IMG/VR virus record: IMGVR_UViG_3300020200_000014
Coordinates: 1 to 64,000 of that record
DNA: 64,000 nt
Reading direction: 5' to 3' (one strand)
Source: a virus
Shown here in pieces: positions 58,406 to 64,000 of this stretch (position 1 is the stretch's first letter; the number at the start of each line of letters is the position of its first letter). The notes under the pieces were generated by a model, which was not told the DNA's origin, searched no databases, and saw only the letters and a program-made list of their open reading frames with translations. The translations under genes and the position numbers were made by a program.

Positions 58406-58743
58406 TCTTCCCATCTGGTTATAGCAATTTGTTTACGACCATTCGGAAGTTCTTTCAATTTCTTTTCTAGATCATTTATATGACAACTGATTACAGACCA
58501 ATTATTTTCAGTTAATTTAGGGAATTCAAGGTCAGGATTAACGACATCACCCATTCCTGGAAAATGTTCTTTAAGCTGTCTTACACCATATTTCAATACA
58601 TCACGATAAAATGGGACATTACAAGGACAACCTGGATTTTGTTCGTATTTAATTATTCCTTCTTTTAGAATTTCTGGTAGACTTCTTCTAAATTCAGGAT
58701 TTTGGAGGGCTTGTTTTACTTGTTGTATCGATATTTTTTGCAT
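58366..58743 (-). CDS. hypothetical protein
   Basis: NPGCPCN motif; co-oriented run of four genes. Confidence 0.6.
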   Translation of the reverse strand: MQKISIQQVKQALQNPEFRRSLPEILKEGIIKYEQNPGCPCNVPFYRDVLKYGVRQLKEHFPGMGDVVNPDLEFPKLTENNWSVISCHINDLEKKLKELPNGRKQIAITRWEDQVTVVVNELDLF

Positions 58744-58960
58744 GTTTTTTAAATTTAATTAACCTACCACAATTAGGACACTTATATCTTTGTTGTTGTT
58801 CTATTGTCTTTCCAGGTTGTAATTTTCTATTTTCATCAAATTTAGGAGTAACTGTCATTACAGGTGCAGTTGGATGAACTATAAGGTCTTCAGCAACAGG
58901 CTTTTCTTCCCATCTACTGAAGTGACAAAACTGACAATATAATCTGTATGGTTTAATCAT
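58694..58960 (-). CDS. Zn-ribbon protein
   Basis: CQFC...CPNCG. Confidence 0.65.
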   Translation of the reverse strand: MIKPYRLYCQFCHFSRWEEKPVAEDLIVHPTAPVMTVTPKFDENRKLQPGKTIEQQQRYKCPNCGRLIKFKKHAKNIDTTSKTSPPKS

Positions 58961-59267
58961 TTTTTGGTAAATTCACTAAAGTACCAGCCTCAAGATAGTT
59001 CATAAATTGAGCCATTAAATTAGATAAAACACTTCCCAGACCAGCAGATAGCACTACGTATAATAAATTTTCATAATATAATAAACCTAATGCTAAGCCG
59101 ACCCAAGTTCCACAACATTGATAACATGTAACTATTTGATAAACTTTGCTTCTTAACCATCCTCCAGGCTTTCCCAACCAGTCTCTTAAAGGTGCAAAAA
59201 GTTTACTATCAACTACAATATGAGTAATGCCAATAACACCTAAAATAAAAAGTAAAAAATATTCCAT
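58953..59267 (-). CDS. DUF1360-like membrane protein
   Basis: TH.VV.S.LF.PLR...TCYQCCGTWVG, TM helices. Confidence 0.7.
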   Translation of the reverse strand: MEYFLLFILGVIGITHIVVDSKLFAPLRDWLGKPGGWLRSKVYQIVTCYQCCGTWVGLALGLLYYENLLYVVLSAGLGSVLSNLMAQFMNYLEAGTLVNLPKND

Positions 59268-59271
59268 AAAA

Positions 59272-59634
59272 TTATCTCCATGAGGTTAAATATAAATGAT
59301 CTTTATTTCTACTTATTGTAAAGTTAGTAATATCATTTGATAATTTGCTTGCAATATCAGAATTCAAATTAAAAGTAACATGTTTAGTTATATTATAATC
59401 TATTCTATCAATTATTATAGTGTCACCAAAGTATTCTTTTAATTTTTCTAGATGTTGTTCGTTTAATGCATTTATCAAATCGATAAGAGATTGAAGTCTC
59501 ATGGTTCTGAGGAATGAAACTCTTTGGCTTAAAAACCATTGGTCAAATATGTAAGAGAAGTCATTAAGCAAAAATCTAACTTCTTTATTGTTAAATATAA
59601 GTTCCTCAATATTTTTGAGATTTATTGTGAACAT
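59272..59634 (-). CDS. hypothetical protein
   Basis: 120 aa ORF. Confidence 0.6.
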   Translation of the reverse strand: MFTINLKNIEELIFNNKEVRFLLNDFSYIFDQWFLSQRVSFLRTMRLQSLIDLINALNEQHLEKLKEYFGDTIIIDRIDYNITKHVTFNLNSDIASKLSNDITNFTISRNKDHLYLTSWR

Positions 59635-59726
59635 CTACTATATTAACCAAGTAATCGAAAAATATAAGTTCCTCAATATTTTTGAGATTTATTGTGAACA
59701 TCTACTATATTAACCAAGTAATCGAA
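59593..59726. repeat. exact 67-bp tandem duplication
   Basis: aaatataagttcctc...ccaagtaatcgaa at 59593 and 59660. Confidence 0.95.
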
Positions 59727-59740
59727 AGGAAAAATTAAAC

Positions 59741-60670
59741 ATGGCAGATGAAGTTTTTCGTCAAGTAAATCCAAGCGCACCTCAAATTACAGGAAGAATT
59801 CCGCCCAAATTCAAAGAAGTTTTAGCTAAGTCTAGAGGAGAAGGGTCGCAACAATCTACTCAACAACCACGAAGGGTTGGGAGTGAAAGTTTAGAAGAAA
59901 TAATAAGTGCTTTAAATAACAAAATTTATGATGAACTAGAGTTGCCGTCTAGAGGTTTTTTTTATAAGAATGGATTTGGGCCAGAAGATGGAATTTTGCA
60001 TATGAGGGCAATGACAGGAGAAGAAGAACAAATTTTAACCACAGAAAGATTAGTTCGAAATGGCCAAGCTATCAATATGATCTTCGGCAGGTGTTTAAAA
60101 GAAAAACAATTCAAACCAGAAAATTTTTTGGTCATTGATAGAACCTATTTGCTAATTTGGCTACGTGGTATTTCATATGGTACAATGTATGAAGTTGAAT
60201 TAAAATGTCCAAGCTGTGATAAGAAATTTCCTTTTGCTATTAATTTAGACAGTTTACTTGTAAGAAAGTGCCCTGATGATTTCAAACCACCATTAGAAGG
60301 CAAATTACCAGAAAGCGGCTTGCCTTTCTCATACAAATTGCCTAGTGGTGCTGATGAGGATTCTGTACAGGAGTTTAAGAAACAACATGAACAGAATTTC
60401 CAAGGAGGTTTAGATCAGACTTTATCATGGCGAACAGCTACTTTATTGAATAATATTGGCAAAGTCACTAGCAAAGAAGAGTTGCATGTATTGCTGAAGC
60501 ATTTGCCTATTGGAGATGTTAATTATTTGCGAAATTTGGTAAATGATCCACCATTCGGGGTAGATTCTAAGGTACAAATTACTTGCTCGGAATGTTTCCA
60601 CGATTTCGAGATAGATTTGCCTTATGAAATAAATTTTTTCTTCCCACGTCCCAAAAAGGAGCGTGCATAG
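59741..60670 (+). CDS. baseplate hub assembly/tail chaperone protein (T4 gp26/gp51-like)
   Basis: LPSRG.FY, MRAMTGEEE.IL, DR.YLL..LRGISYG, CPSC, CSEC, NFFFP. Confidence 0.8.
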   Translation: MADEVFRQVNPSAPQITGRIPPKFKEVLAKSRGEGSQQSTQQPRRVGSESLEEIISALNNKIYDELELPSRGFFYKNGFGPEDGILHMRAMTGEEEQILTTERLVRNGQAINMIFGRCLKEKQFKPENFLVIDRTYLLIWLRGISYGTMYEVELKCPSCDKKFPFAINLDSLLVRKCPDDFKPPLEGKLPESGLPFSYKLPSGADEDSVQEFKKQHEQNFQGGLDQTLSWRTATLLNNIGKVTSKEELHVLLKHLPIGDVNYLRNLVNDPPFGVDSKVQITCSECFHDFEIDLPYEINFFFPRPKKERA

Positions 60671-60687
60671 CTTTTTGGGAGAATATC

Positions 60688-60858
60688 ATGGAAGAACAAT
60701 TCTTCTTTAAATATCATATGAAAATGTCCAGGGATGAATTTAGGACTTATCCAATTAATGAAAGAAGGTGGATGATCAAAAGATTCTTAAAACAAAAAGA
60801 ACAAGAAGAAAAAGCCTACGAAACAGCTAAGAAAAATGCCAAAAAAGGCAATAAATAA
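60688..60858 (+). CDS. small gp51-C-terminus-like protein; possible -1 frameshift extension of the previous gene
   Basis: MEEQFFFKYHM...YPINERRWMI read manually; frame open from 60628. Confidence 0.7.
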   Translation: MEEQFFFKYHMKMSRDEFRTYPINERRWMIKRFLKQKEQEEKAYETAKKNAKKGNK

Positions 60859-60861
60859 CAT

Positions 60862-61605
60862 ATGGCAACAAAAACAAGAGGCCAAAATCCAGTTATAGGT
60901 GATACAGTAACGCTGCAAATGTTTGTTTTTAATTCAAATAATTATGCAGAACTGGATTCAATTAACCAAATTCTAATTTATTGGTTAGACCCAAATGCAC
61001 AAACAGAATTCAATCCAGATGGCAGAACGTTAATTGAAACTATACCTGGAAGCTCTGTCACCAATCCAGATACGGGAGAATATGAATTAGATTTATATTT
61101 AGACCCATTAGTTTATACTGAAACTGGCAGATATTTGGACGTTTGGGATGTTACATTTGAAAGCGGAGATGCATCCACCGAAATAGAACAATTATTTCAA
61201 ATTTATCCAGATTTATGGTATACAACACCAATCCCGGTAGTCTACGATTTTAATTTCTATTTCCAACCAAACAGAATAAGAAAAGGTAATAAAAAATACA
61301 TTGAAATTCAGATAATTCCAAATGTCCCAACTGCTACTGATTTAGCTACTTACTACGAAAATTTAGCCATCGCATCACAACTTTTAGTGACGATCAAAAA
61401 AAGATGTGGAGATTGTGTGCCATGTGAAGAGGATTTGAATATAATAGTAGATGCCGAGCCAACAACTTACAAAGAAAAGAACAGAGCTTTTTATTTTTTT
61501 GACACAACTGATTATGACTGCGGGACTTACGACATTTACTTCGAATTGATCTTTGGTGAAAACACCTACGTATCTGATACCAACCAGATTCAGGTTTACG
61601 ATTGA
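60862..61605 (+). CDS. putative virion structural protein (Ig-like beta-rich)
   Basis: TGEYE, GRYLDVW, CGTYDIYF; acidic; TAAATA upstream. Confidence 0.6.
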   Translation: MATKTRGQNPVIGDTVTLQMFVFNSNNYAELDSINQILIYWLDPNAQTEFNPDGRTLIETIPGSSVTNPDTGEYELDLYLDPLVYTETGRYLDVWDVTFESGDASTEIEQLFQIYPDLWYTTPIPVVYDFNFYFQPNRIRKGNKKYIEIQIIPNVPTATDLATYYENLAIASQLLVTIKKRCGDCVPCEEDLNIIVDAEPTTYKEKNRAFYFFDTTDYDCGTYDIYFELIFGENTYVSDTNQIQVYD

Positions 61606-61697
61606 AAATCAAAATTTTGAAATTTTCCTTTACAAAGCAAATTATCGCAATAGAATGTACTGTTGTCCGAAAGATTAACCCATTGAAGGTAAAAAAA

Positions 61698-62885
61698 ATG
61701 AGTAAGCGTTCTCGTCAACGTAAGCGGCGTCAGATGGAATCAGTTGTAAGGCGAGCCACTAATGCAGGGCTTTTAACTCCTAACACGCTGAGTGTAGCGG
61801 AAATTCTGGCAGAAAGGATGTCTGGCGGACATCTTCCCATCAAAGCTGCCTCTTTAGACACATCTAACCTTCGAGAAGTGAAGGAATGGCCTGCTAATTG
61901 GCCATTGTGCCCCAAAGCATTCAATCCAGAAGAATGGCGACGTTCTTTGGAAGCTATGGAACACTACTGTCTTGCTGCCACTGAACCTGGAAAAACCAAG
62001 CCTTGGTTCCAATATCCTAAATTCACGCATCAATATTCCGAGCTTGTCTTTGTGACACCGGAAATGGCCTTAGAACTTTTGGCTTATATGCCGGTTAACC
62101 GTACACTCAAGGAAAAGTGTGCCCAAGCATGTATGCGGGACATTCAGAATGAGCGTTGGATTCAAAGCCATGAATCGATTGCCATTAACACCCAAGGAAA
62201 TATGCATGATGGTCAACATAGGGCTAAGGGTATTATTCTGGCTGGGCGTGGTTGGCCGATGTACATGACTTGGAATGTTCCGCCAGAAGCGCTTTACATT
62301 ACTGATTCTGGGGCACGGCGTAAGATTAATGAAAAGTTGGGTCTTCTCTATCCTGAAGAGAAGATTACCGCTAACAAGGCGGCTGTTTGCCGTGCCATGA
62401 TGTGGGGTTTGAACCGCAACACTCAGTATTCTGAATCTGAAATTGCTGAGTTCTTTTTGAAATACCATGACGTTATCAATTGGATATCAAGCCGATTGAA
62501 GAACATTCGTGCTGATATTCAGGCAGTGCTTGCCAAGGCGATTCTTTGGTGGGGGGAGGCTGTCGTAGCTCCTTTCGTTGACAGATTTTGCGCAGTACAA
62601 TTTACTGGAGAAGGCGACCCAGCCAAGGCTCTCTACCTATGGACTCAATCAGCCCGTAAGGAAGGAAAAAGAACCTACGCTAATCCATTAGTGTATTATA
62701 AGAAAACCCTTTCTGCTATTACGGCAGCAGCGGCTGGAAAAGAAGCTAAAAAGATTTACCAGAAACAGGGTGACATTTTTGAGTGGGAACAGGGATGGAA
62801 GGTTCCCGACTCTGCTCCATGTAGCGGTAATGTTTGGTTGCCCAAGGTTGAAGAAACTCCTGAAGCTGGCCAAACGGTTAGCTAA
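61698..62885 (+). CDS. ParB/Srx-like (DGQHR) domain protein
   Basis: VTPEMALELL..NR, DGQHR, DSGARR; higher GC; probable start MSKRSRQ. Confidence 0.75.
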   Translation: MSKRSRQRKRRQMESVVRRATNAGLLTPNTLSVAEILAERMSGGHLPIKAASLDTSNLREVKEWPANWPLCPKAFNPEEWRRSLEAMEHYCLAATEPGKTKPWFQYPKFTHQYSELVFVTPEMALELLAYMPVNRTLKEKCAQACMRDIQNERWIQSHESIAINTQGNMHDGQHRAKGIILAGRGWPMYMTWNVPPEALYITDSGARRKINEKLGLLYPEEKITANKAAVCRAMMWGLNRNTQYSESEIAEFFLKYHDVINWISSRLKNIRADIQAVLAKAILWWGEAVVAPFVDRFCAVQFTGEGDPAKALYLWTQSARKEGKRTYANPLVYYKKTLSAITAAAAGKEAKKIYQKQGDIFEWEQGWKVPDSAPCSGNVWLPKVEETPEAGQTVS

Positions 62886-62899
62886 ATTTTGGAGATATA

Positions 62900-63164
62900 A
62901 TGACAGGTCAAGAGATTTTGCAAAGATTTAAAAATAAGGAAATCTCTTTAGAAGAGGCTAGTGATTTAATCGAAAAGTTAAATCATGCTCGTAAATTTAT
63001 ATACAATGAAATATCCTGTTACGTTACCTTATGAATTATGGATGGAATTGTTGATGCCTGATAATTTAAACCGTTTAGTTCAATTTTTAGAAGAAAATAA
63101 AAACAATTTTTTCAAAAAGGATACAGAAGATGGCACGGCAAACAAGAATTCAAACAATTGTTAG
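62900..63164 (+). pseudogene. small gene apparently split across two frames
   Basis: MTGQEILQRF...(62900-63034) overlapped by MKYPVTLPYELW...FLEEN in another frame. Confidence 0.35.
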
Positions 63165-63663
63165 CCAGTTGATGAATGGATGTGTTAAAAAGAAAACAAA
63201 ACCTACAGAACAAGAAATAAAAGATTTCGAAAACAATTATAGAAATGAAATAGCATGGCTTAGAAAAAATGATATGATTCATTATAGTGCTGGAGTTATA
63301 GGGGCTATTGGCAAAGCATATCTTTGGTACGGCAAAGAAAAAATAGAGTCTTTCTTGAACGCTCTTAAACATGGTGATTTTAGGGGTAAAGGTGATCCTG
63401 CACATGTTTTGTTTATATGGTTAAGTAATAGACAAAGATATGATACTAAATCTGCCTATAGAATGACAGTAGCAGCTATTCGTGCTTATGTTGAAAATAA
63501 GACTTTGGTAAGAAAGACTAGAGCAGGACAAACAATAACACCAAGTTTACGTCCAGCTAGAACTGACATTTTCGAATGGAATGCAGATTATACAGAAATG
63601 CATCCAGAAAAGCCAAACCAATACATAAAGAGAAAATATGTCAGAAGTTTTCAAGTTTTGTAA
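63130..63663 (+). CDS. paralog of the C-terminal domain of the DGQHR protein
   Basis: KAYLWYG/KAILWWG, GDPAH/GDPAK, DIFEW shared. Confidence 0.7.
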   Translation: MARQTRIQTIVSQLMNGCVKKKTKPTEQEIKDFENNYRNEIAWLRKNDMIHYSAGVIGAIGKAYLWYGKEKIESFLNALKHGDFRGKGDPAHVLFIWLSNRQRYDTKSAYRMTVAAIRAYVENKTLVRKTRAGQTITPSLRPARTDIFEWNADYTEMHPEKPNQYIKRKYVRSFQVL

Positions 63664-64000
63664 AGGAGAATTATCGCTAGACGCATATAAATTAGACGTT
63701 ATCGAAATTTCTCTGAATATATCAAAAGGAAAACCTGGCAAAAATATAAAAAACAAATTGTTAAATGGTGAATATCAGGTATTAGGCCAATTAGACAACC
63801 TTTGCCAACCTAATAATTCTAAAATAAAAAAAGGCAGAATATGGAACTTGAAATTAATTCACGAAAATAAGTTCTCTATTTTGCCTATTTTGTTTATTGA
63901 AATAACGGATATCAAAAACGAAAAACATCTTAGGAAATATACCTGGACCTTTTTAGCTGTAAACAAACCCCCCACAGACAATCTAGGACTATTACCTTTT
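63638..64000 (+). CDS. hypothetical protein, runs off window end
   Basis: Open frame MSEVFKFC... to position 64000. Confidence 0.5.
   Translation, partial: MSEVFKFCKGELSLDAYKLDVIEISLNISKGKPGKNIKNKLLNGEYQVLGQLDNLCQPNNSKIKKGRIWNLKLIHENKFSILPILFIEITDIKNEKHLRKYTWTFLAVNKPPTDNLGLLPF

Noticed and set aside
59593-59726. CRISPR-like array
   Set aside because: Two contiguous identical units with no spacers; no cas genes; other repeats in the window are in-frame coding repeats
52322-60858. Bacterial extracellular contractile injection system (multiple tubes plus sheath)
   Set aside because: Neck/head-closure genes, gp55-like sigma, homing endonucleases and dispersed, mixed-strand layout indicate a phage
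1-64000. Stop-codon reassignment (suggested by the in-frame TGA at 8595 and some broken genes)
   Set aside because: Long conserved genes are intact under code 11 and end in TAA, TAG and TGA; the breaks are frameshifts, not in-frame stops
1-64000. tRNA or rRNA genes
   Set aside because: No cloverleaf or GTTCGA T-loop context recognised by eye and intergenic gaps are very short; a tRNAscan/Infernal run would be needed to exclude them fully

Overview
AT-rich, gene-dense 64 kb segment of a large T4-like (jumbo-type) myophage genome in standard genetic code, with frequently alternating gene orientation. Recognisable morphogenesis and late genes are scattered: neck gp13-like, two head-closure gp14-like paralogs, tail terminator gp15-like, a divergent sheath, three tail-tube paralogs, a baseplate-hub/tail-chaperone pair and a gp55-like late sigma factor. 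Eight free-standing or fused homing-endonuclease-like genes are interspersed. Accessory content includes a nucleotide-sugar/glycosyltransferase island (26.7-37 kb), three proteases, a sirtuin, an AlkB-type oxygenase, a lysine aminotransferase, a McsA-like protein, a 2H phosphoesterase and a degenerate Dam-like methyltransferase. Several proteins look planctomycete-like, suggesting a Planctomycetota host (inference). Most notable observations: (1) a six-gene exported-protein cluster (20.1-25.4 kb) with two CxxCH heme-c proteins, a repeat-rich secreted peptide, an amphipathic-helix protein and a papain protease; (2) about 14 unrelated proteins sharing an N-terminal motif like the T4 capsid-targeting sequence; (3) a probable -1 frameshift in the hub/chaperone gene; (4) several accessory genes broken by N-terminal frameshifts; (5) promoter motifs placed for leaderless transcripts. 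All functional calls come from motif recognition by eye; no database searches were run. No tRNA, rRNA or CRISPR array was seen.
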